DNA of 64,000 bases from Thermoanaerobaculia bacterium (GTDB lineage Bacteria > Acidobacteriota > Thermoanaerobaculia > UBA5066): contig CAVRAY010000001.1 of assembly GCA_963719225.1 (NCBI GenBank), forward strand, positions 960,001-1,024,000. Reading direction: 5' to 3'. Of this stretch, positions 17,963 through 27,075 are shown piece after piece. Position numbers and translations under genes: made by a program. Each line of letters starts with the position of its first letter. Within the stretch, counting starts at the first letter, position 1. The notes under the pieces are model-generated. The model saw nothing but the letters and a program-made list of their open reading frames with translations. It had not been told where the DNA came from and did no database searches.

Positions 17963-19651
17963 TCACTCGAACCAGCCGACGACGTCGAAGATCGCCTGGA
18001 CCGAGCCGCTGGCGAGTCCGTCCACGAGGATGTCGCCGCTCGTGCCGAGTCCGACGGTCACGTTGTTCGCGCGCGTCTGGCCGGCTTTGAAGCTCGCCGT
18101 CGTCGTGCCCGTCGGGCCCGTCCCGCCCGGCGCGACCCGAAGCGACCCCGGAGCCGTCGGCGTCGTGACGGTCAGGTTGCCGGCGATCGACTTGGCCGTC
18201 AGCGGCACGCCGCACCGGCCCCTGATGACGAAGGAGCGCGACACGCCCGCGGAGATCGCCGGCCCTCCATAGGCCCCGCTCGCATTTCGCGTGTCGAAGA
18301 CCCTGCAGGGCGCGAGCGTGTGGAACGTCGACGCGGATGGCGGAGGCGAGGCCTTGGTGTAGTCCACCTGCACCGTGAGGGAGGTGGCGGTCTTCGAGAG
18401 CGTCGTGATGGTGAGAAGAAGCTCGGGATCGGTGAAGGTCTTTCCGGCATCGAGCTCGGAGTCGTCGAAGGTGGACGTCGGGGGCGTCATGTCGAGGAGG
18501 TCGGCCCCGCCGACGGCGCTCGGCGCGAAGCGGACCAGGCCCCCGTTCAGAATCGTGGCCGGCTCCCCGGCGTCGAAGCCCGTGCGGTTCCGCCACTCGA
18601 TCCAATAGGTGCGTCCGGCCATCGTCGTCGGAATCTTGACCGCGTACAAGGATTGCCCGGGTGCTTCGAGAGCGCCCAGCGTATACGTCGCCGAGCCGCC
18701 CGGGTGCACGCGCACGCTGCCCCCCGGCAGCCAGCCGAACGAGTCCTTGAACTGCGCGTTGAAGTGTCCGGCGCGTGAGTTGCCCATGACGTCGAAACGG
18801 TCGCCGTACTCGCCGCGCGTACAGCCCGAGGGCGCGATCGTGGTCGCGCCGCAATCGTACGAGTGGGCGTGCAGGACGCCGAAGTTGTGGCCCAGCTCGT
18901 GGGACGCGACGAGCAGACCCCACGACCCCGACGGCGCGCCATTGATCCACGAGCCGCCGCCGCCGACGTACCCGAGGCCGGCCCATCCGCAGGCGCCGAT
19001 CGAGGGGAAGACCCAGACCGGGAAGTTGTAGTTCGCGGGGTCCTTGCCGGCGGCCTTGGCCCGCGCGTTCGCCTGGGTCTGGATCACGCTGGTGTCGCAC
19101 GTCGTGGGCTTGGCGACCGTGGCGGTCACGAGGACGACGTCGCCGGTCATCGACGTGAGTCCGTACGACGCCTCTCCATAGTAGTTCGCGACGCTCGAGC
19201 CGGCTCCGAAGAAGAGGCTCTGCGTGTTCGTGACCGTCGTCGCCGTGAAGGAGCTGTCGTTCGTGAAGTTCAGGAGGATGACGAGGACCCGCTTCGCTCC
19301 GACCGTCCAGGCGCTGAGGGCCTGGTGCGGGGGAGGAGACGCGAGGGCCGCGTGCGGGGGCGGCGCCGGCTCGACCTCGTCGACCTCGAAGCCCCCGGCC
19401 CGGGGTCGTCCGTGAACAGCGATGCGGTCTCCCGTTCGGAGCCCTTCGGGCCGCTGGGCGAACCGAAGGCGGAGGATTTCCTCGTCGTCCGTTCGGAGCT
19501 CGTATTGGAATTCGGCTCTCTCGTTCAGGAAATCACAGGCCACGAGGATGGAGAGAGTGCCCGTCTTCAGGAAGGGATCGTCGGCCCGGGCGAGGGACCC
19601 CGGGATCGCCACGAGCGAGAGGGCGAGGAGCGCGATGAGGAAACGCTGCAT
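17963..19651 (-). CDS. Secreted zincin metalloprotease (M11/M6-like) with C-terminal 'PCRxxDTR' beta-rich domain
   Basis: Signal peptide; HELGHNFGVLH zinc motif; EYGD.FDVMG Met-turn; C-terminal FHTLAPCRVFDTR...DVVGWFE. Confidence 0.8.
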   Translation of the reverse strand: MQRFLIALLALSLVAIPGSLARADDPFLKTGTLSILVACDFLNERAEFQYELRTDDEEILRLRFAQRPEGLRTGDRIAVHGRPRAGGFEVDEVEPAPPPHAALASPPPHQALSAWTVGAKRVLVILLNFTNDSSFTATTVTNTQSLFFGAGSSVANYYGEASYGLTSMTGDVVLVTATVAKPTTCDTSVIQTQANARAKAAGKDPANYNFPVWVFPSIGACGWAGLGYVGGGGSWINGAPSGSWGLLVASHELGHNFGVLHAHSYDCGATTIAPSGCTRGEYGDRFDVMGNSRAGHFNAQFKDSFGWLPGGSVRVHPGGSATYTLGALEAPGQSLYAVKIPTTMAGRTYWIEWRNRTGFDAGEPATILNGGLVRFAPSAVGGADLLDMTPPTSTFDDSELDAGKTFTDPELLLTITTLSKTATSLTVQVDYTKASPPPSASTFHTLAPCRVFDTRNASGAYGGPAISAGVSRSFVIRGRCGVPLTAKSIAGNLTVTTPTAPGSLRVAPGGTGPTGTTTASFKAGQTRANNVTVGLGTSGDILVDGLASGSVQAIFDVVGWFE

Positions 19652-19761
19652 GGGATACCCCTAAGAGTGATCCGGCTCGGGAAGGCGTTGCTCAGCGGAG
19701 CATACCTCTTTTCGAACAGCGAGGGGGCAAAAACCTCGTGACCTTGTACCTCCGAGTAATT

Positions 19762-19777
19762 TGATGCAACTGAATCA
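19762..19777 (+). promoter_or_regulatory. Putative 7-2-7 activator site upstream of the mtrC operon (TGATGCA-AC-TGAATCA); candidate -10 TACCCT at 19802-19807
   Basis: 14/16 identical to the reverse complement of the site at 28541-28556. Confidence 0.65.
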
Positions 19778-19889
19778 AAGCGTTGCATGGCACCCGGCCC
19801 CTACCCTGAGCACGGATGAAAGCAACCATTTCTCGCGAACTCGCGTTCGTTAACGTTTTTCACATTCTTTTCCGGTAAGGAGGCTGACG

Positions 19890-22091
19890 ATGTCACTGGT
19901 ATCTCGCACGGCTCTCACGTTCCTGGCTGGTCTCGTCGCGGTGCCAATGACACCCGTGACGCGGACGAGCCCCACGAGCTCCCCGGTCACGCGACAGGCG
20001 ACCCCCGGAGCCTACGACGCGACCCAGAAGGAGTTCTACCTCGCGTCGGATCAGACCACCTGGATCCGCCCGGGGTACGTCATCAAGGTAAATAGCGTCA
20101 CGATCGGAAGCGACCGCAAGCCCGTCGTGGACGTGAACGTCACGGATGGCGTCGGTCAACCCATCGATCGCCTCGGCGTTCTGACGCCGGGTCCGACGGG
20201 AACGAGCTTCATCGCCGCGTGGTGGGATCCCGCGAAGCGTTATTACACGGCCTACACGACCCGCACCGCGACGGCGGCTGCTCCGGCCGATCCTTCGAGG
20301 ATCGGAACCACGGCGATCCAGGCCGGCACGGACACGGGCGGCAAGTTCACGGATCTCGAGACGGGGCATTTCAAGTACACGTTCGGGACCGCGCTTCCGG
20401 CCGGTTTCGACCAGACGAAGACGACCACGATCGCGATCTACGGCAACCGCGTCATGCCGGCCGACATCCTCGGCGGCAAGAGCTATACGGCCAACATCGA
20501 ATTCGACTTTCGGCCCGACGGCGCCGCGGTCGTCGACAAGTGGGACAAGATAAACCAGGCGACGAGCTGCAACAACTGTCACGATCCGCTCTCGGCCCAC
20601 GGCGGCTCCAGGCGTGACGTGAAGCTCTGCATCCTCTGCCACCAGCCCCAGACGGTCGATCCCGACACCGGCAATACCGTCGACATGAAGGTCATGGTCC
20701 ACAAGATCCACGCGGGCGAGCGCCTTCCGAGTGTCGTCGCGGGAACGCCATACGTGATCATCGGGAACTCCCAGTCGGTTCACGACTACTCTGACGTCAA
20801 GTACCCGCAGGGGGATACCCGCAACTGCGCGTTCTGCCACGAGGGGACCGGGGCCGCCTCCACCAAGCCGACTCAGGCGTCCGTGTGGTACTCGAACCCC
20901 TCGGTCGCGGCCTGCGGTTCCTGCCACGACGACGTGAATTTCACGACCGGCGCGAACCACACCTCTGCCCCTGGCGGTCTTCCCGCCGCCGACGGAACGT
21001 GCGCGACCTGCCATCAGCCCCAGGGCAACTTCGAGTGGGACGCCGGCATCAAGAACGCCCACGTCACCCCCCTTAAGTCCGCCCAACTCAAGGGCTACAA
21101 GGCGTCGATCGTGTCCGTTACGAACGCCGGCCCCGGCAAGAAGCCGACGGTGACGTTCAAGCTCCAGAACGGCGACGGAACGCCAGTCGACCCCGGCTAC
21201 TTCAAGGTCGCGGCGAACGGCACCGTCAACATCCTCCTCGGCGGGCCCACGTCCGACTACACGAACTCCGGCGAAGCCGCGGCCGGCCAGCCTTTCCGCG
21301 AGGCCGCTCAGACGGCCACGTATAACGCGACGACGGGCGTCGCGACCTACAATTTCACGAACGCGATCCCCGCCACGGCGAAGGGGACGTATGTCGCCTC
21401 GATCGAGACGCGCCGCGCCGTCACGCTGAATCCCGCGCCGAGAGTAGGCTCGGCGACGATCAACGAAGGCGCCCCGAACCAGCCGTTCTACTTCGCGGTG
21501 ACGGGCACGTCGGCCACGCCGCGCCGGACGGTCGTCTCGCTCACGAAATGCAATGCCTGCCACGACCGCCTCGACATCCTCTTCTCGCACGGCAACCAGC
21601 GCATCGCGATCGAGCACTGCGTCATCTGCCACAACCCGAACGGGAGCGACATCGGTCGCCGCCCGGCGGACCACTCGCAGGACCCCGGCGAGTCGATCGA
21701 GTTCGCGCGCATGATCCACCGCATCCACACGGGCGCAGAGCTGGCCCAGGACTTTACGGTCTTCGGGTTCGGCGGCGGCTTTACCAACTTCAACGATGTC
21801 GGGTACCCCGGCGACCGGCGGAACTGCCTCGCGTGCCACGTGAACGCGGCCAGCTACGCGCTCCCCCTCCCGATCACGAACCAGCCGGTCGTCACCGAGC
21901 GTGACTTCTTCTCGCCGCGCGGCTCGGCCACGGCCGCGTGCACGGGCTGTCACGACAGCCGCGACGTCGCCGCCCACGCGTTCCTGAACACGGCTTACTT
22001 CCCCGGTTCCCCGACCGTCCCGGCCGAGGCCTGCGGAACCTGCCACGGCACCGGAACCGATCTCGACGTCGCGAAAGTTCACGCGCGGTAA
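19890..22091 (+). CDS. mtrC: OmcA/MtrC family decaheme c-type cytochrome
   Basis: 10 CxxCH in two blocks of 5 separated by beta-rich domains; HGG.R, MVHKIH and YP..RNC motifs; AGGAGG RBS. Confidence 0.9.
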   Translation: MSLVSRTALTFLAGLVAVPMTPVTRTSPTSSPVTRQATPGAYDATQKEFYLASDQTTWIRPGYVIKVNSVTIGSDRKPVVDVNVTDGVGQPIDRLGVLTPGPTGTSFIAAWWDPAKRYYTAYTTRTATAAAPADPSRIGTTAIQAGTDTGGKFTDLETGHFKYTFGTALPAGFDQTKTTTIAIYGNRVMPADILGGKSYTANIEFDFRPDGAAVVDKWDKINQATSCNNCHDPLSAHGGSRRDVKLCILCHQPQTVDPDTGNTVDMKVMVHKIHAGERLPSVVAGTPYVIIGNSQSVHDYSDVKYPQGDTRNCAFCHEGTGAASTKPTQASVWYSNPSVAACGSCHDDVNFTTGANHTSAPGGLPAADGTCATCHQPQGNFEWDAGIKNAHVTPLKSAQLKGYKASIVSVTNAGPGKKPTVTFKLQNGDGTPVDPGYFKVAANGTVNILLGGPTSDYTNSGEAAAGQPFREAAQTATYNATTGVATYNFTNAIPATAKGTYVASIETRRAVTLNPAPRVGSATINEGAPNQPFYFAVTGTSATPRRTVVSLTKCNACHDRLDILFSHGNQRIAIEHCVICHNPNGSDIGRRPADHSQDPGESIEFARMIHRIHTGAELAQDFTVFGFGGGFTNFNDVGYPGDRRNCLACHVNAASYALPLPITNQPVVTERDFFSPRGSATAACTGCHDSRDVAAHAFLNTAYFPGSPTVPAEACGTCHGTGTDLDVAKVHAR

Positions 22092-22103
22092 CGAGAAGAG
22101 GCC

Positions 22104-23015
22104 GTGAAACACCTCTCGCACGGGGCTTTTGCCGCCGCCGCCCTCGCCGTACTCACGGCGGGGGTCGCGGTGGCCCAGGCTCCGGCCAGTCCGGCCCCCG
22201 CGAAGGTGGAGGCCGGCCCCGCGTGCGCCGACTGCCACGACGAGGCCAAATTCTTCGCGGGTAATCCCCACATGCGGGGCTACAAGGCCGCTCACGACGG
22301 AGCGGCCGGTAACGCGGTCTGCGCCACCTGCCACGGCGACGGGACCAAGCACATGGAGGCGGGAGGGGACAAGTCCCTCATCAAGAGCCTCCAGGGCCGT
22401 TCCGGCGCCTCCCAGTGCGCGACCTGCCACAAGCAGTCCGCGGAGCGTTCGTCCTTCAGAACGGGCGTTCACGCGTCGTCCGAGGCGGTCAACTGCCTCT
22501 CCTGCCACTCCATCCACAAGTCCGACCCGAAGCAGGCCACCCTGCTCAGGTCCGAGCCGACGAAGCTGTGCGCGACCTGCCACCAGGACGCGGCCTCGCA
22601 GTTCCGGACGTTCCCGTATGCGCACAGGCTGAAGGAGGGCGCGCTTTCCTGCGTGTCCTGCCACGACCCCCACGGCCGCTCGGCCAAGCACGCGGTGAGA
22701 GAGACGAGAGCCGGAGAGCCGGGCTGCGTCTCCTGTCACGCGGAGGTCCGCGGTCCTTTCGTCTTCCCGCACGTCAACGGCGTCGCCGGCGACTGCACGA
22801 GCTGCCACATCCCGCATGGCTCCTCGTACCCCCACCAGCTGCAGCGCGCGACGATCGCCGCGCAGTGTCTCGAGTGTCACTCGACGCTCTCGGCGGGGAC
22901 CCTGGGCTCGCAGCCGCCTTCTTTCCACAACATCTCGCTGCCGCGCTACAAGAACTGCACGACGTGCCACGTCGCCGTGCACGGTTCCCAACGCTCGCCG
23001 CAGCTCCTGAAGTAA
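22104..23015 (+). CDS. mtrA: DmsE/MtrA family periplasmic decaheme cytochrome
   Basis: Signal peptide; 10 CxxCH in 303 aa; CHDPHG, RGPFVFPH, CHxxVHGS. Confidence 0.9.
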   Translation: MKHLSHGAFAAAALAVLTAGVAVAQAPASPAPAKVEAGPACADCHDEAKFFAGNPHMRGYKAAHDGAAGNAVCATCHGDGTKHMEAGGDKSLIKSLQGRSGASQCATCHKQSAERSSFRTGVHASSEAVNCLSCHSIHKSDPKQATLLRSEPTKLCATCHQDAASQFRTFPYAHRLKEGALSCVSCHDPHGRSAKHAVRETRAGEPGCVSCHAEVRGPFVFPHVNGVAGDCTSCHIPHGSSYPHQLQRATIAAQCLECHSTLSAGTLGSQPPSFHNISLPRYKNCTTCHVAVHGSQRSPQLLK

Positions 23016-23025
23016 GGACAGGCCG

Positions 23026-24963
23026 ATGCGAACATTCCGCTCCGCCTTCCTCGTCGCCGCACTCGCCTCGATCCTCGGTTCGGCCGGCGTCGCCCGTGCC
23101 CAGGCGATTCCGTTCGACATCGAGGTCGGCTACCGCTTTCTCGACGTCATCGGAAACGAGGAGTCCTACCGCTCGCAGATCAACGAGCGTGAGGGCTTTC
23201 TCGTGCGCTCCATCCACCTCGGAACCGACGGCAAGACGAACGGCTTCTCGGTCGTCGATCACCTTCGGATCGACGGCGCCGACCTCGGGGTCGGCCCCGC
23301 CGGCTCCCTGTTCCTCGACGCGGGCCTCACCGGCGCGTACCGCCTCCGTCTCTCGTACCGGCACCTCGACCAGTTCAGCGCGCTCGCCGGCTTCGCGAAC
23401 CCGCTCGGCGCGTCGGTCGGCCAGCACACCTGGGATCGCACGCGCAACATGGTCGACGTCAACCTCGAAGTCCTGCCGGGCGCCGTCGTCACGCCTCTCT
23501 TCGGATACACCTCCAACAACCTCACCGGGCCCGGCCGCACGACCTTCTTCGCCGGCCAGGATGAATTCCGGCTCTCCCAGGATCTCAAGGTCCACGACCA
23601 GGAGTTCCGCGCCGGCCTGGGCTTCAATGCCGGAGTGGTCTCGGGCGAATTCCTGCAGGGCTGGCGCCGCTACCGCGAAACCGAGAAGGACAGCCTCTTT
23701 CCGGGCGCGGGCGCCGGCAACAACCCGGGGACGGTTCTCGGCAACACGCCGAATCTTTCTTCCCTCACCCGGTCGAGCCTGACCGAGGTGAACACGCCGA
23801 CATCCTCGTTCTTCCTCCGCGGCTTCGCGACCGACGCGGTCCAGATCGTCGGTTTCTACGTTCGCGCGAACGCGAGCGCGGACAGCAAGGACCAGGAGAA
23901 CCTCAACGGCTCGCTCGTGTCGTTCGCCCTGTCCCGGTTCTTCACGGGGCTGGCCGACACTTCCTCGTCACGCGTCCAGAACACGATGTGGCGCGTCGGC
24001 GGGCGGCTCGAGTGGCACGCGTTCGACGGCATCGACGTCACGGGCGGCTTCGTCCGCCGCCACGCGACCTGGGACGGCCAGGACCTAGTGACGAGCCTCT
24101 TCAGCGGGACGTCGAGCTTCACCGGCGTCACGCTCACGGACATCCAGACCATCCTCAACGCCCAGACCTCGGTCGACCGCACGGAAGACGTGTGGGACGC
24201 CCAGGTGTCCGCGAAGGCGTTCGGCCCGTTCGGCGTCCGTGCCGGATACTCGCGGATCGAGCAGGACCTCACGGTCACGCAGGATCCCTCCGAGATTCTC
24301 GTGCCCGGGGGCCAGGGCGGAAACTTCACGCGCAACATCGATCGCGTCGAGGGCGCCCTCACCTTCGGAATGGGCCCGTTCTTCGCGGCGGCCGAAGCGT
24401 CGTGGGACGACTCGGACACCGCGGTCCTGAGAACCGATTACCTCACGCGCAACCGCGAGCGCGTGCGCGTCACCTGGAAGGGCTTCCCGTGGCTCACGGT
24501 CGGGGCGACCGGGCTGTGGGTCGACCAGGAAAACGACACCCTGGGGATCAACTCCAAGGGCAGCTCCCGCCTCTATACCGGCGAGCTCACGCTTCTGCCG
24601 GTCAAACCGCTCCGGCTCCGCGGCGCCTACAGCAAGGTGCAGGCGGACAACACGATTCCCGTCCGGGCCCCGCAGGACTTCACCGTGTTCGACTCCGTGA
24701 ACAGGGAAGACGGTGAGCTCTATGAAGCCGGCCTGGGACTCAAGCTCGACAAGTTCGCCATCGACGGCTTCTGGTCCCGCTTCGCCAACGAGGGCTCGTA
24801 CGAATACCGGCTCTACCGCGGCGGGGCGCGCCTCGATTTCGATGCGACGGCCAACCTCGGCCTCGTCGGCGAGTGGTCGGTGGACCGGTACCTCGACTAC
24901 CAGATCCCGACGGCCAGCTTCCGCGCCAACCGCTACGGCGTCTATCTCAAGTGGCGACCCTAG
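23026..24963 (+). CDS. mtrB: MtrB/PioB-like outer-membrane beta-barrel porin
   Basis: Signal peptide, amphipathic beta-strand pattern, aromatic C-terminal strand, directly after mtrA. Confidence 0.78.
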   Translation: MRTFRSAFLVAALASILGSAGVARAQAIPFDIEVGYRFLDVIGNEESYRSQINEREGFLVRSIHLGTDGKTNGFSVVDHLRIDGADLGVGPAGSLFLDAGLTGAYRLRLSYRHLDQFSALAGFANPLGASVGQHTWDRTRNMVDVNLEVLPGAVVTPLFGYTSNNLTGPGRTTFFAGQDEFRLSQDLKVHDQEFRAGLGFNAGVVSGEFLQGWRRYRETEKDSLFPGAGAGNNPGTVLGNTPNLSSLTRSSLTEVNTPTSSFFLRGFATDAVQIVGFYVRANASADSKDQENLNGSLVSFALSRFFTGLADTSSSRVQNTMWRVGGRLEWHAFDGIDVTGGFVRRHATWDGQDLVTSLFSGTSSFTGVTLTDIQTILNAQTSVDRTEDVWDAQVSAKAFGPFGVRAGYSRIEQDLTVTQDPSEILVPGGQGGNFTRNIDRVEGALTFGMGPFFAAAEASWDDSDTAVLRTDYLTRNRERVRVTWKGFPWLTVGATGLWVDQENDTLGINSKGSSRLYTGELTLLPVKPLRLRGAYSKVQADNTIPVRAPQDFTVFDSVNREDGELYEAGLGLKLDKFAIDGFWSRFANEGSYEYRLYRGGARLDFDATANLGLVGEWSVDRYLDYQIPTASFRANRYGVYLKWRP

Positions 24964-24967
24964 GAGA

Positions 24968-26215
24968 ATGAGGTTCGGGGGCGTTCTCGCCGCGCTTCTG
25001 CTCACGGCCGCCCCCCTCGGGGCGGCAGCCCCGCCCCCGAAGCCTCCCGCCAACGACGACTGCCTCGCCTGCCACGAAGACCCGTCCGCCAAACGCGCGA
25101 GCGGGTCTTCCGTTTTCGTCGACAAGGCGGCGTTCGCCGCCTCCGTCCACGGCGTCGCCGGCGCGGCGTGCGTCGACTGCCACCAGGACCTCGCGAAGAC
25201 GACCGACTTTCCACATCCCGAGAAGGTCGCTCCGGTCGACTGCGCGACGTGTCACGCGTCGCAGGTCGCCGATTATCAGAAGAGCGTTCATGCGTCCGAA
25301 CGGGGGAAGTCGAAGGCCAGCAAGGCCGCCACCTGCACGGACTGCCATGGAATCCACGACATCCGGCCTTCGAAAGATCCCGCCTCACGGACGAATCACT
25401 TCAACCTTCCCACGACCTGCCTGAAGTGTCACGGGAACCTCGCGGTCGTCGCGGGCGCCGGGGGCCCGCCCGTGAACCAGCCGGCGCTCTTCCACGACAG
25501 CATCCACGGCAGGGCGCTGGAAAAAAGCGGACTCAAGATCGCACCGAACTGCGCGACCTGTCACGGTTCTCACGCGATCCGAGATCCGCGGAAGGACTCC
25601 GAAAGCCTCGTGTACCGGACGCGCGTCCCCGCGACGTGCGGAAGCTGCCACGAGAAGATCCTCGCCGAGTACGGCGACTCGATACACGGGACACAGCTCG
25701 CCAAGGGCAACGGGAAAGTGCCCGTGTGCAACGACTGCCACACGGCACATGCCATCTCGGCCTCCAACGATGCGCGACGCCTCGCGATTCTCCGCCAGTG
25801 CGGGGGCTGTCACGAGTCCTCGCTCGCGACGTACCGCGACACCTATCACGGCCAGGTCAGCGCGATGGGCTTCTCGCGCATCGCCACCTGCGCCGATTGC
25901 CACACGGCGCACGAGATCCATCCGGCCGGCGACCCGCGGTCTTCGGTGGGGCCCTCGAACCGCCTGTCCACGTGCCAGAAGTGTCACCCCGGCGCGTCGG
26001 CGAACTTCGCCCGTTACGACCCCCACGCGAACACGCACGACAAGGGTCGGAACCGCCTCTTGTGGGCGACCGCCCTCTTCATGAAGATCCTTCTCGCAGG
26101 TGTCTTCGCGTTCTTCGGGATTCACACGGTCCTGTGGTTCCCCCGGTCGGTCAAGGCGCGCGTCGACGCGCGGCGGAACGGCCGCGGCCCGGCCGGCGGA
26201 GAGGGAGAAGGGTGA
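24968..26215 (+). CDS. 11-heme c-type cytochrome with C-terminal membrane anchor (CbcL N-terminal-like)
   Basis: 11 CxxCH, recurring S(V/I)HG, TYHG, CHPGASANF.RYDPHA, then a TM helix ending HTVLW; AGGAG RBS. Confidence 0.85.
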   Translation: MRFGGVLAALLLTAAPLGAAAPPPKPPANDDCLACHEDPSAKRASGSSVFVDKAAFAASVHGVAGAACVDCHQDLAKTTDFPHPEKVAPVDCATCHASQVADYQKSVHASERGKSKASKAATCTDCHGIHDIRPSKDPASRTNHFNLPTTCLKCHGNLAVVAGAGGPPVNQPALFHDSIHGRALEKSGLKIAPNCATCHGSHAIRDPRKDSESLVYRTRVPATCGSCHEKILAEYGDSIHGTQLAKGNGKVPVCNDCHTAHAISASNDARRLAILRQCGGCHESSLATYRDTYHGQVSAMGFSRIATCADCHTAHEIHPAGDPRSSVGPSNRLSTCQKCHPGASANFARYDPHANTHDKGRNRLLWATALFMKILLAGVFAFFGIHTVLWFPRSVKARVDARRNGRGPAGGEGEG

Positions 26216-27054
26216 TGGACCAGAACGCTCCCGCGCCCGCCGGTCCCGTCTGGGTCCGGCGCTTCGACCGGTTCGACCGCTCGCTGCACATCCTCCTCAT
26301 GGCGAGCTTCCTCGGGCTCTCCCTGACCGGCGTGCCGCTGCTCTTCTCGGAAAAGCCCTGGGCGGCGACGCTCTCGCACCTCTTCGGAGGCTTTCGCTCG
26401 GCGGCGGTGCTTCACCGCGTCTTCGCCACCGGGATGCTCGTGTGTTTCGGGAGCCATCTCGCGCGCCTCTTCAAGAGGCTCTTCGGCGACAAGGAGTACA
26501 GCATCCTGTGGGGCCCGTCCTCCCTGGTCCCCCAGCCCCGCGACCTCAAGGAGCTCGTGCAGCACGTCCGCTGGTTCCTCGGGCGGGACGAGCGTCCGCG
26601 CTTCGAGCGTTTCACCTACTGGGAGAAATTCGACTACTGGGCCGTGTTCTGGGGCATGGGGATCATCGGAGGATCCGGGCTCATTCTCTGGGCTCCGAAG
26701 TTCTGGGCGCGGTTCCTGCCCGGAGACCTCTTCAACATCGCGCTCCTCGTGCACGGCGAGGAGGCCCTTCTCGCGGTCGTCTTCATCTTCACGATCCACT
26801 TCTTCAACGGCCACCTGAGGCCCGAGAAATTTCCGATGGACACGGTCATCTTCACGGGAGTCCTTCCGCTCGAAGAGCTGAAGCACGAGCGCCCCGCCGA
26901 GTACGAAAGGCTCCTCGCGGAGGGGGGCGTCGAGCGCCTCGCGTCTCCTCCACCGACCGCCGACCGCCTCCGGAAGAGCCGCATCGTCGGAACGGTGGCC
27001 GTTTCCCTCGGCCTTCTCCTCGTTGCGTTTACACTCATCGCTCTCCTGAGCTGA
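26215..27054 (+). CDS. Di-heme cytochrome b subunit (FdnI/HydC-type; CbcL C-terminal-like quinol oxidase)
   Basis: RSLH, LHR, FTYWEKFDYWAVFWG, VHGEEALLA, IHFFNGHLRPEKFPMD; TGATG coupling to the upstream gene. Confidence 0.87.
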   Translation: MDQNAPAPAGPVWVRRFDRFDRSLHILLMASFLGLSLTGVPLLFSEKPWAATLSHLFGGFRSAAVLHRVFATGMLVCFGSHLARLFKRLFGDKEYSILWGPSSLVPQPRDLKELVQHVRWFLGRDERPRFERFTYWEKFDYWAVFWGMGIIGGSGLILWAPKFWARFLPGDLFNIALLVHGEEALLAVVFIFTIHFFNGHLRPEKFPMDTVIFTGVLPLEELKHERPAEYERLLAEGGVERLASPPPTADRLRKSRIVGTVAVSLGLLLVAFTLIALLS

Positions 27055-27075
27055 ACCGCGCCGAGGAGGAGTCAC

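Noticed and set aside
19761-19778. FNR box upstream of mtrC (TTGAT...ATCAA)
   Set aside because: Spacer is 8 nt rather than 4; better explained by the 7-2-7 motif shared with other promoters.
19847-19865. Rex-like site (GTTAA...TTCACA) in the mtrC leader
   Set aside because: Left arm and spacing deviate from TTGTGAA-N4-TTCACAA; single weak instance.
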